64,000 nt of DNA, taken from Planctomycetota bacterium. GTDB taxonomy: Bacteria > Planctomycetota > UBA1135 > UBA2386. The notes beneath the pieces were generated by a model. The model made no database searches. It was not told the origin of the DNA and saw only the letters and a program-made list of their open reading frames with translations. A program made the translations under genes and the position numbers. The stretch spans positions 12,796 through 76,795 of the forward strand of contig JAHBXX010000007.1 in NCBI GenBank assembly GCA_019636245.1. The letters run 5' to 3'. The stretch's first letter is position 1, and the number at the start of each line of letters is the position of its first letter. Of this stretch, positions 16,441 through 24,789 are shown piece by piece.

Positions 16441-18057
16441 ATGCCTCGCGCAGCGGAGACAGCCCTGGCCCGATCCGAGCGACTCACCGATGCGGCCGCG
16501 GCCGGCGCCACGGCGTTCACGGGCTGGCAATGGATGGCGCTGCTGGCCGCCGCCGCCGCCGCGGCCGCCCTGCGCCTGCACGGACTCGGCGACTGGTCGG
16601 TCTGGGTCGACGAGGCGCACACGTGGCGCGATGCGACGATGCCGCTCGCCGGCGAGAGCGGCTTCCTGCGCAGCGACCGGGCGCTCTACCCGCTGACCTT
16701 CCTGGCCGTGCGGGGCTTGCTCGCGCTCGGCTGGGTGGGCGCCGACGAGTACTCCCTGCGGCTGCCGTTCGCGCTGGTGGGCATCCTCACGATTCCGGTC
16801 CTTGCGCTCGGCGGTCGCCGCCTGGTCGGCGCCCGTGCCGCCGTGCTGGCGGCTTGGTTCCTCGCCCTGAACCCCTGGCACGTCTACTGGAGCCAGAACG
16901 CGCGCGGCTACGTGCTGACCTGCTTCTTCGCCGTCGTGGCCAGCAACCGGGCGATGGCCTACGCCGCCACGCGGCGGGGGTTCGACCTGGCCGCAGCGCT
17001 GGCGGCGATCGCCCTCGGATCCTGCTCGCATCCGACGGCGCTGCTGCTGGGCGCGGCGGTGCTGGGCTTCGTGCTGCTGCGCCGCGTCGGCCGTCTGCAC
17101 CGCCGTGCGCTCGGCTGGCTCCTGGTCGGCGCCGTCGCGGCGACCGTCGGCGTGCCGCTGGCCCTCGCGGCCTGGTCGCCGTTCCAGGGCTTCCTGCGGG
17201 CGAAGGACGACCCGTCGCTGCTGCACTTCCTGCAGACGACGGCCTTCTTCTTCCGGCCGCTGCTGCTGCTGCTCGCCGCCGTGGGGCTGGTGTTCGCGGC
17301 GCGGCGGCTCGGGCGCGATCGGGCGCTCCTGCTCGGCTGCCTGGCCGTGGTGCCGTTCGTGCTGCTGCTGGCGATCGGCGGGCAGCTCGCCAAGGTGACG
17401 GCGCGCTATGCGATCTGCACGCTGCCCGTGCTGACCTGGCTGGCCGCGCTGGCCTGCACGCAGGTCGGCGAACTCGCGACCGCCGGCGCGCCGCGTCGCT
17501 GGCTGCGCCGGTGGTGGTTCGTGTTGCCGTTGCCGCTGCTGCTGGCGGCCGACTTCGGTCCGCAGCTGGCGGCGTACTACACGTCGCAGCACGGTCAGCG
17601 CGGCCGCTGGCGCGAGGCGCTGGAGTTCGTGCAGCAGCGCAGCGGCGGCGCCGGCCTGCGCGTGCTCACGGTCAACGAGCCGACGGTGACGTTCTATCTG
17701 CGGCCTGACCACTGGGCCGCCGTCGGCGGCGATCCGCGGCCCGCGGTCGTGGTCGACGCCCTGCTCGACTGGAAGCTGGACGGCAGGGACGCGCAGGGCG
17801 TGCGGCGCCACGAGCCGGGGGCGGCGAACCACCTCCGGTGGCACGTGGCCGAGGCGCGGCAGCAAGGGGCGCGCTGCGCCGTGGTCGTGACCTGGCCCGA
17901 GTTCGAGGAGGTCGACCGGGGCCTCGCTCCGCCGGTCGACGAGCCCGGCGCGTTGGGCCGCGCGCTGGCGGCCGGGTTCGAGCTGGCGCTGCACCTGCCC
18001 TGCTGGGTCGGGCCCAAGGACGAGGGCATCTACGTGTTCCTGCCGCGCGCCGAGTGA
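16441..18057 (+). CDS. GT-C fold glycosyltransferase (ArnT/PMT family 39-like) with a C-terminal soluble domain, 538 aa
   Basis: The internal ATG of ORF 15199..18057(+) begins the gene. About 11 hydrophobic helices. The first-loop acidic motif is VWVDEAHTW, and LALNPWHVYWSQNARGY is present. The last ~170 aa are hydrophilic. Confidence 0.7.
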   Translation: MPRAAETALARSERLTDAAAAGATAFTGWQWMALLAAAAAAAALRLHGLGDWSVWVDEAHTWRDATMPLAGESGFLRSDRALYPLTFLAVRGLLALGWVGADEYSLRLPFALVGILTIPVLALGGRRLVGARAAVLAAWFLALNPWHVYWSQNARGYVLTCFFAVVASNRAMAYAATRRGFDLAAALAAIALGSCSHPTALLLGAAVLGFVLLRRVGRLHRRALGWLLVGAVAATVGVPLALAAWSPFQGFLRAKDDPSLLHFLQTTAFFFRPLLLLLAAVGLVFAARRLGRDRALLLGCLAVVPFVLLLAIGGQLAKVTARYAICTLPVLTWLAALACTQVGELATAGAPRRWLRRWWFVLPLPLLLAADFGPQLAAYYTSQHGQRGRWREALEFVQQRSGGAGLRVLTVNEPTVTFYLRPDHWAAVGGDPRPAVVVDALLDWKLDGRDAQGVRRHEPGAANHLRWHVAEARQQGARCAVVVTWPEFEEVDRGLAPPVDEPGALGRALAAGFELALHLPCWVGPKDEGIYVFLPRAE

Positions 18058-18098
18058 CGCGCCTTGCCCGGTCGGTGGGCAGGGACGATCATCGGCGC

Positions 18099-19286
18099 AT
18101 GCGCATCCGTCCGCCGTCGTGGTTCGCCTTCGTGTTCGGCGCCGCTGGCCTGGCCCAGGAGCCACCGCCGGCGCCTGCCGCGGCCGACCTCGCGGTGCCG
18201 AGCGACTTCGTCCGCTTCGTGCCCGTGGGCGACGGCGGCCACCTCGACACGGCGATCACGACCTACCGCAAGGGCGACGTCGAACTCGTCCTGTTCGGTG
18301 CCGTGCACATCGCCGACCAGGCCTGCTACGACCACCTGAACGACCGCTTCACGGCCTGCGAGGTGCTGCTCTACGAACTGGTCGGGCCGTCGGACTACCG
18401 GCCGACCCGGGACCGCGACGAAGGCGGCATGAATCCGATCGCGCTGTTGCAGAACGGCCTGCGCAACGCGCTCGACCTGCAGTTCCAGCTCGACGCCATC
18501 GACTACACGCCGGCGAACTTCGTGCATGCGGACATGACCCCGGCGGAGTTCGAGGCCAGCATGGCCGAACGCGGCGAGAGCCTGCTGTCCATCATGCTCG
18601 ACATGATGCTGCACGGCATGCAGGTGCAGCGCGACAAGGCCGAAGCGGGCGACGCGCCCGCGGTGCCCTCCATCGATCTGGTGAAGGCGTTCCAGAACGG
18701 CGAGGGTCGCCACCGGCTGCGCATGCTGTTCGCCGCGCAGCTCGAGGAGATGGAGGCGATCGCGGCCGGCGGCCGGGAGGGAACGCTGTTGCAGGGGCGG
18801 AACGAGAAGTGTCTGCAGGTGCTGCAGCGCGAGCTCGCCGCCGGGCGCAAGCGCATCGGCATCTACTACGGCGCCGCGCACCTGCCGCACATGGAACGTC
18901 GGCTGGTCGACGACCTCGGCTTCGTGAAGACCGGCCACGAGTGGCTCGTGGCCTGGGACTGCAGCAAGCGCCCCGACGCGAAGTGGGACCGCGAGACGAT
19001 GCGGCTGCGGCGCCGCTGCAAGGCGGAGCTCGGGGTGCTCGCGGCGGCGGCCAGGGCCTACCGCCTGGGGGCGATGGCGGCCACGGTGCCGACGGTGCAG
19101 CAGCTCGCCGCCGCCGAGGGCGACGGCGGCCGCGTCTATGCCGGGCCGCTGCAGGATCCCTGGGGCCGCGACTACCGCATCCGCCAACGGGCGCAGGGCC
19201 AGCGCTGGGAGGTGCTGAGCTGCGGTCCCGACGGCGAGCCCGGCACCGAGGACGACGTCGTCGTGCAGGAGTCGGGCGGCCGCTGA
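18099..19286 (+). CDS. Secreted TraB/GumN-family domain fused to a type II secretion GspG-like C-terminal domain
   Basis: The internal ATG of ORF 17838..19286(+) at codon 88 gives signal peptide MRIRPPSWFAFVFGAAGLAQE. GumN/TraB-like motifs are LVLFGAVHIAD and LLQGRNEKCLQVL...IGIYYGAAHLPHM. The C-terminus DPWGRDYRIRQRAQGQRWEVLSCGPDGEPGTEDDVVV matches the pseudopilin GspG globular-domain signature. Confidence 0.6.
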   Translation: MRIRPPSWFAFVFGAAGLAQEPPPAPAAADLAVPSDFVRFVPVGDGGHLDTAITTYRKGDVELVLFGAVHIADQACYDHLNDRFTACEVLLYELVGPSDYRPTRDRDEGGMNPIALLQNGLRNALDLQFQLDAIDYTPANFVHADMTPAEFEASMAERGESLLSIMLDMMLHGMQVQRDKAEAGDAPAVPSIDLVKAFQNGEGRHRLRMLFAAQLEEMEAIAAGGREGTLLQGRNEKCLQVLQRELAAGRKRIGIYYGAAHLPHMERRLVDDLGFVKTGHEWLVAWDCSKRPDAKWDRETMRLRRRCKAELGVLAAAARAYRLGAMAATVPTVQQLAAAEGDGGRVYAGPLQDPWGRDYRIRQRAQGQRWEVLSCGPDGEPGTEDDVVVQESGGR

Positions 19287-19297
19287 CGCGGCGGCGG

Positions 19298-20818
19298 TCA
19301 GCCCGCGGCGTCGTCGCCGGTGCCGGCGCCGCCGGCGAGGAGCCGCTGCAGGCGCGCGGCATCGGCGTGCACGGTGACCGTGCGCGTCTGCGCGGGCACC
19401 ACGGCGCCCGCCGGCAGACCCTTCGGCTTGCGCACGTGCTTGCGCTGCGTGTAGACGACGTCGATGCGCGGCTCGCCGCGCGCCTTGCTGAAGTGCACCG
19501 CCAGCGTCGCCGCGTCGAGCAGCGTCTCGAGGCTGGCCGTCTTCTGGGGCGGCAACCGGACCACGACGTGCGAGCCGGCGCGACCGCCGCCGACGTGCAG
19601 CCACAGGTCGTTGCCGTTCGCGGTGCGCAGGGTGAGGCGATCGTTCTGCTCGTTGTCGCGCCCGACGAGGATCGTGTAGCCCTCGGCCGAGGTGAAGCGG
19701 CGGTAGTTCTCGGCGCGCGGCACCGGCCGACGGCGCAGCGGCGCGGCCGGAACCGCCGCCTTCGGCGGGACGCCCAGCCGCTGCAGCGCCGTCCGGGCCG
19801 TCGCCAGGGCATCGAGGTCCGCGGTCGTCGCCGCCAGGGCGTGTTCGATCGCGGCCAGCGCCCGCGCCGTGGCCTCGGCCTCGGCATGGCGACGTTCGGT
19901 GACCGTGCGGCTGTCGTCGAGCCGCCGCGCCTTCTCGTAGCGCTGCCGGGCCTGCATCACCACGGGCCTGGCCGGGTCGAGCGCGATGCGGCGCAGGGCG
20001 CCGTCCTGGGCCGGATCGGGAACCAGCATCTCGGGCGCGCCGCGGGCCACGCTGCCCGCGAACGCCAGCATCAGGTCGGCCTCGGCGCGCAGCGCCGCCG
20101 CGCGGCCCGCGTCGGCCAGGCTCGCGGCGAGGCCCTGGGCCTTGGTCTGTGCCCGCTGCAGCGCGCGCCGGCAGGCCAGCAGCAGGCGCTCCCGCTCGAG
20201 GCGGAACTCCAGGCCTGTGTCCACCGCCGTGAAGTGCGCGTCGATCGCCGCCAGCGCCGGCGGCGCGAAGCGGGGTTCGCCGGGTTCGGGCGCGCCGTCG
20301 GTGGGCGGGGGCGGCTGGTAGCGGTCGCCCGGCCGCAGGACGCGCACGGCGGTCTCGACCGGGCGCGACAGGGCCACGGCCCGCCCTTCGGCGTCGAGCA
20401 GCGCCCACAGCCCGCGGCTGCCGAACAGCTCGACGGCGAGCCGGCGCTCGCCCGCGGCGCCGGCGAACCGGAGCTCGCAGCGGCGTTCGCCGGGCGGCTG
20501 CTGCACCGCCACCAGCGTGGCGCCGGCCAGCGACGCCTGCAGGGTCGCGTGCGGCGCGCCGCGCACCAGGGCGTCACGGCCGAAGCGGCGCACGGTCGGC
20601 GCCACGCGCGCGCGGTGGCTGCCGAGCGCCACGTGCAGGAACACCTTGCCGTCGCCGCTGCCCGGCCGGAGCACGAGCAGCAGATCGTCGGGCCCGGCCG
20701 CCGTGGCGAGCGGCACGGCCTCGACGACCACGGCGCCCACCAGGGTCTGCAGCTCGGCCGTGGCCAGGCCGAGTTCGGTGGCCGACAGGCCGCGGACGGT
20801 CGGCCCCTGCGCAGGCAC
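19298..20818 (-). CDS. NFACT-family protein (RqcH / FbpA-like; NFACT-N + NFACT-R), 506 aa
   Basis: Lies inside ORF 19298..21340(-). The GTG at 20818 is 5 nt after the ndk stop, and no in-frame ATG is available there. N-terminal VELFGSRGLWALLD aligns to the RqcH GRHSNIIL region. The C-terminal NFACT-R reads GYTILVGRDNEQNDRLT...DLWLHVGGGRAGSHVVV...AATLAVHFSKAR. Confidence 0.7.
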   Translation of the reverse strand: MPAQGPTVRGLSATELGLATAELQTLVGAVVVEAVPLATAAGPDDLLLVLRPGSGDGKVFLHVALGSHRARVAPTVRRFGRDALVRGAPHATLQASLAGATLVAVQQPPGERRCELRFAGAAGERRLAVELFGSRGLWALLDAEGRAVALSRPVETAVRVLRPGDRYQPPPPTDGAPEPGEPRFAPPALAAIDAHFTAVDTGLEFRLERERLLLACRRALQRAQTKAQGLAASLADAGRAAALRAEADLMLAFAGSVARGAPEMLVPDPAQDGALRRIALDPARPVVMQARQRYEKARRLDDSRTVTERRHAEAEATARALAAIEHALAATTADLDALATARTALQRLGVPPKAAVPAAPLRRRPVPRAENYRRFTSAEGYTILVGRDNEQNDRLTLRTANGNDLWLHVGGGRAGSHVVVRLPPQKTASLETLLDAATLAVHFSKARGEPRIDVVYTQRKHVRKPKGLPAGAVVPAQTRTVTVHADAARLQRLLAGGAGTGDDAAG

Positions 20819-20823
20819 GGCGG

Positions 20824-21291
20824 CTACTTCTTCAGCTCTTCGATCGGATCGTAGATCCAGTCGAACGCCGCGTAGCCATAGTCGACGGTGCCCTCGGGGA
20901 AGAACAGGCCGAGTTCGCGCGCGGCCGCCTCGGGGCTGTCGCTGCCGTGCACGAGGTTGTAGCTGCGGCTGACGCCGAAGTCGCCGCGGATGGTGCCGGG
21001 GGCCGCGTCGGCGCCGAACGTCGCTCCCATCAGGTTGCGGCAGATCTTGATCGCGTCGATGCCCTCGATCGCCAGCGCGACGACCGGGGAACTGGTCATG
21101 AACTTGACCAGGCCGGGGTAGAACTTGCGTTCGCGGTGGGCCTCGTAGTGCTTCGCCGCCAGTTCCGGCGTGATCTTCATGAACTTCATGGCGACGATCT
21201 TGAGTCCCTTGGCTTCGAAGCGACTCAGGATCTGGCCGACGAGGCCGCGCTGCACGGCGTCGGGCTTCAGCAGGATGAGGGTGCGTTCCAT
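20824..21291 (-). CDS. ndk: Nucleoside diphosphate kinase
   Basis: These are the last 155 codons of ORF 20824..21729(-). MERTLILLKPDAVQRGLVG...NLVHGSDSPE contains the active-site His motif. Confidence 0.95.
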   Translation of the reverse strand: MERTLILLKPDAVQRGLVGQILSRFEAKGLKIVAMKFMKITPELAAKHYEAHRERKFYPGLVKFMTSSPVVALAIEGIDAIKICRNLMGATFGADAAPGTIRGDFGVSRSYNLVHGSDSPEAAARELGLFFPEGTVDYGYAAFDWIYDPIEELKK

Positions 21292-21318
21292 GGCTCTGGT
21301 GCGAGGAAAAGGGCGAGG

Positions 21319-21942
21319 ATGATAGCAACGGGCCACGCACCTGCCACCTTTCGCCGGCGGTGCCGCCCGTGGCTGGCCGCCCTGCTGCTGGCGGCGGGCT
21401 GCCTGGCGCCGACGGAGCCGACCCTGGCGACGCGGCAGCGCGAGCGGCAGGCCGACGCCGCGCAGGCGGAACGCGAGCAGCGGCGGCGGGAGATGCAGCA
21501 GGCCCAGCAGGAAGCCCGGGAGATCGTCGCCGCCACGGCGGCAGTCAAGGCGGAGACGCAGCAGCGGGCCGCGGCGCTGCGGGCGCTGCGCGCCCAACTG
21601 GAGATCGAGCGGCAGCGCGTGCTGGACGCCGAGGCCCAGCTGGCGGCGGCCGCGGCCCGGGCGCAGGAGATCGAGGCGGCGCTGCGGCCGCTGCGGGCGG
21701 TCGAGCAGCAGCTGGCCGACATCGATCACCAGCGGGCTGCCGCCGTCTCGCGGCTCGCCGCGCTGGCCGCCGAACTGGACGCGACGGCGCGCGCCTCGGC
21801 GGACAAGGAGGGCGAACTGCAGGCGCGCCTGCAGGTCCTGCAGGCCCAGAATGCCGCGCTGCAGCGGCTCGATCAGGCGCTGGCGGCGGCGCGCGCCGCG
21901 GCCGCGGAGGTCCTCGGCACGCTGGCCCCGCCGGGGAAGTGA
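21319..21942 (+). CDS. Coiled-coil lipoprotein, 207 aa
   Basis: The internal ATG of ORF 20947..21942(+) begins the gene. The lipobox is LLLAAGC. The remainder is Ala/Gln/Glu/Arg-rich heptad-like sequence (QRERQADAAQAEREQRRREMQQAQQEARE...). Confidence 0.55.
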   Translation: MIATGHAPATFRRRCRPWLAALLLAAGCLAPTEPTLATRQRERQADAAQAEREQRRREMQQAQQEAREIVAATAAVKAETQQRAAALRALRAQLEIERQRVLDAEAQLAAAAARAQEIEAALRPLRAVEQQLADIDHQRAAAVSRLAALAAELDATARASADKEGELQARLQVLQAQNAALQRLDQALAAARAAAAEVLGTLAPPGK

Positions 21943-21962
21943 CGTGGGGCGCGTGCCGGCTG

Positions 21963-21994
21963 CCGCCGCCCGGCCGGTCGTGGGCCGGCGGCGG
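21963..21994. terminator. GC-rich hairpin between convergent genes (candidate bidirectional terminator)
   Basis: CCGCCGCCCGGCC - ggtcgtg - GGCCGGCGGCGG forms a 12-bp stem with one bulged C. It lies between the stop at 21942 (+) and the stop at 22013 (-). There is no U-tract, so function is inferred only. Confidence 0.3.
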
Positions 21995-22012
21995 GTCCGC
22001 GACCGGCGGCCG

Positions 22013-23425
22013 TCACGGCCAGTCGTGGTGGAAGGCCTCGCCGACGGGACGGTCGGTGCGTTCGAAGGTGTGGGCGCCGAACAGGTCGCGCTGGGCCTGG
22101 GTCAGGTTCTGCGGCAGGCGGGCGCGGCGGTAGGAGTCGAAGTAGCTGAGGCTCGCGCCCATCGCCAGCACCGGCACGCCGTGCTCGGCCGCGAGCGCGA
22201 CGACCCGCCGCCACGCGCCCTGGTGCTGCTGCAGGAAACCGCCGAGTTCCGGGTCGAGCAGCAGGTTGGGCAGCTGGCGCTGGTTGGCGAACGCGGCCTG
22301 GATGCTGCGCAGGAAGCGGGCCCGGATGATGCAGCCGCCCTTCCAGATGCGGGCGATCTCGCCGTAGTCGAGGCCCCAGTTCTTGTCGGCGTCGGCGGCC
22401 GCCAGCAGGTCGAGGCCCTGCGCGTAGGAGCAGATCTTGCTGCAGTAGAGGGCATCCCGGACGGCGTCGAGCAGGGCCGGGTCGAAGCGGGCCGTCGGCG
22501 ACGGTCCGCGCAGCCGCTGGCTCGCGGCGACCCGGTCTTCCTTGCGCGCGCTCAGGCAGCGCGCCTCCACCGCGGCGTGCATCGTCGGCGTCGGCACGCC
22601 GTAGCGCAGGGCCATCTCCGAGGTCCACTTGCCGGTGCCCTTCTGGCCGGCGCGGTCGACGATCACGTCGAGCATCGGCTGCCGGGTCTGCGGGTCGACG
22701 GCCCGCAGGATGCGCGCCGTGATCTCGACCAGGAACGACTCGAGGAAGCCCTGGTTCCAGGCCGCGAAGGCGTCGGCCATCTGCGGGTAGGACATGCCGA
22801 GCACGTTCTGCATCAGGTCGTAGCACTCGGCGATCAGCTGCATGTCGCCGTATTCGATGCCGTTGTGGACCATCTTCACGAAGTGGCCGGCGGCGCCGGT
22901 GCCGACGTGGGTGACGCACGGCCCGTCCTCGACCTGGGCGGCGATCTTGCGCAGGATGGGCGCCAGCTCGTCGTAGGCGCTGCGCTCGCCGCCGGGCATC
23001 AGGCTGGGCCCGTTCAGGGCGCCTTCCTCGCCGCCGGAGACGCCCATGCCGACGAAGCGGAAGCCCCGCTGCTGCAGGTCGCGGGCCCGGCGTTCGGTGT
23101 CGTCGGGATGGCTGTTGCCGGTGTCGACGATGAGGTCGCCGCGCTCCAGCACCGGCAGGAAGGTGGCGATGGTGTCGTCGACGGGCGCGCCGGCCTTGAC
23201 CAGCAGCAGCAGGCGGCGCGGCCGTTCCAGCGATGCGGCGACCTCTTGCGGCGTGCGCGCGCCGACCATCGGCCAGCCCTTGCCGGCGCGGGCCAGCGTC
23301 GCCTCGGTCTTGTCGGGCGAGCGGTTCCAGACCGTCACCGGGATGCCGTTGCGGGCGATGTTGAGGGCGAGGTTCTGGCCCATCGTGGCCAGACCGACGA
23401 CACAGATCTTGGAGTGGGCTTGCAT
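22013..23425 (-). CDS. gnd: 6-phosphogluconate dehydrogenase, decarboxylating
   Basis: ORF 22013..23425(-), 470 aa. Motifs are GLATMGQNLALN, GMGVSGGEEGA and HNGIEYGDMQLIAE. Confidence 0.95.
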   Translation of the reverse strand: MQAHSKICVVGLATMGQNLALNIARNGIPVTVWNRSPDKTEATLARAGKGWPMVGARTPQEVAASLERPRRLLLLVKAGAPVDDTIATFLPVLERGDLIVDTGNSHPDDTERRARDLQQRGFRFVGMGVSGGEEGALNGPSLMPGGERSAYDELAPILRKIAAQVEDGPCVTHVGTGAAGHFVKMVHNGIEYGDMQLIAECYDLMQNVLGMSYPQMADAFAAWNQGFLESFLVEITARILRAVDPQTRQPMLDVIVDRAGQKGTGKWTSEMALRYGVPTPTMHAAVEARCLSARKEDRVAASQRLRGPSPTARFDPALLDAVRDALYCSKICSYAQGLDLLAAADADKNWGLDYGEIARIWKGGCIIRARFLRSIQAAFANQRQLPNLLLDPELGGFLQQHQGAWRRVVALAAEHGVPVLAMGASLSYFDSYRRARLPQNLTQAQRDLFGAHTFERTDRPVGEAFHHDWP

Positions 23426-23525
23426 GCGTTCCGCGGGGTCGACGACGGCGGCAATCTACCCGGAGGCCGGCCCGGAAGAACGCATCGCCGCGCGCCCAGG
23501 CGGCCCGCCGTCCCCGCGACCAAGT

Positions 23526-24722
23526 TCAGCGGCCGGTCGTCGCCGCGCGGTCGGCGGCCGGCAGGCCCTGCCGCCACGCGCTCCAGCGACGTGGGTCGTC
23601 GCCGGGATCCTGCTGCGTCAGCTGGCGCAATGCCTGCCGGTAGGCGCGCACGATCGTCGTCACCTCGACCACGCCCTGCACGGTGACGTCGAGCACGGTG
23701 CCGCTCTGCAGCACGTCGACCTTCGGGTCGGCGATGAACGCTGCGGCGGCGATCTCGACGTCGAAGTCGCGCACGTAGGCCTGCTGGTTCAGGAACGCGA
23801 CGTGCGCGCGCACGCCGCGGTCGGCCGCGGCGAGGTTCCGGCCGGCATTCGGGCCGGCGAGGACCAGCAGTTCGATGGCGTCCGGGTGGCCGAGGCCGGC
23901 GAACGCCTCGGCGGTGCGGACGCGGACCCGGCTGTCGCCGTGCATCAGGCCGGGCGCGAGGTAGGCGACGGCGCCCGCCGCGTCGTGCGCCTTGGCCAGC
24001 CCGGTGGCGGCGGCGCGTACCCTGGCGCTGCCGTCGAGCACCGCGGTGCGCTGCACGAAGCGGTCGTTGCCGGTCAGTTCGCGCCGCTGCAGCGCGGTCA
24101 GGGCGGCGATGCGCTGCCGTTCGCCGCCGTTGCCGCGCGCTTCGCGGCGCAGGTCGGGGTCGGCCTGGGGCTCGCGCGCCAGCAGCTCGAGGATCGCGGC
24201 GGAGCGCGCCGGGCCGGTGTCGGCGCGCAGGCTGCCGAGCAGCTCGTGCACCCTGGCCTTGGTCGGGGCGGCGCGCCACTTGCGCGGCAGCACTTCGGCC
24301 TCGAGGTCGCCGAGGAGATCGCCGAGGCGTCGCTGCAGCGCCGCGTGGCCGCCTGCCTCCGCGCCCGCGGCGTCCGCGAGCCCGGTGACGGCCCGGTCGA
24401 GGTGGCGCCACATCTCCGGCTCGAGTCCATAGGCGCGCGCCTGCACCGCCAGCTGCAGGCTGGCGAACGGCGTCGCACCGACCTCCCGGGCCTTGTCCGC
24501 CAGCACCTGGCGCAGCTGGGCCTCGGTGCGGTGGGCCACGACCCGGTCGCGGTGCACGGCGACGGTGCCGTCGCGGGTCGCGACCTCGAGCACGTCGCCG
24601 CGGGTCGTCACCTTGCCGACCAGCACCCGACCGTCGTCGAGGCGCAGTTCGTCGGCGGACAGCGCGCTGCAGAGCGCGAGCAGCAGGACGAGGCAGCGGG
24701 TCGGCAACGAAGGGCTGGTCAT
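23526..24722 (-). CDS. Secreted HEAT-repeat (PBS-lyase HEAT-like) protein, 398 aa
   Basis: The internal ATG of ORF 23526..24842(-) at codon 41 gives signal peptide MTSPSLPTRCLVLLLALCSALSA. HEAT_PBS-like repeats are present, for example DSRVRVRTAEAFAGLGHPDAIELLV. Confidence 0.6.
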   Translation of the reverse strand: MTSPSLPTRCLVLLLALCSALSADELRLDDGRVLVGKVTTRGDVLEVATRDGTVAVHRDRVVAHRTEAQLRQVLADKAREVGATPFASLQLAVQARAYGLEPEMWRHLDRAVTGLADAAGAEAGGHAALQRRLGDLLGDLEAEVLPRKWRAAPTKARVHELLGSLRADTGPARSAAILELLAREPQADPDLRREARGNGGERQRIAALTALQRRELTGNDRFVQRTAVLDGSARVRAAATGLAKAHDAAGAVAYLAPGLMHGDSRVRVRTAEAFAGLGHPDAIELLVLAGPNAGRNLAAADRGVRAHVAFLNQQAYVRDFDVEIAAAAFIADPKVDVLQSGTVLDVTVQGVVEVTTIVRAYRQALRQLTQQDPGDDPRRWSAWRQGLPAADRAATTGR

Positions 24723-24789
24723 GACGGCCTCGGTGGAGCGGTTCGGAGCGGGCGGTCGGCCGGGCATGCGGATATGCTCGGCCCCGCCG

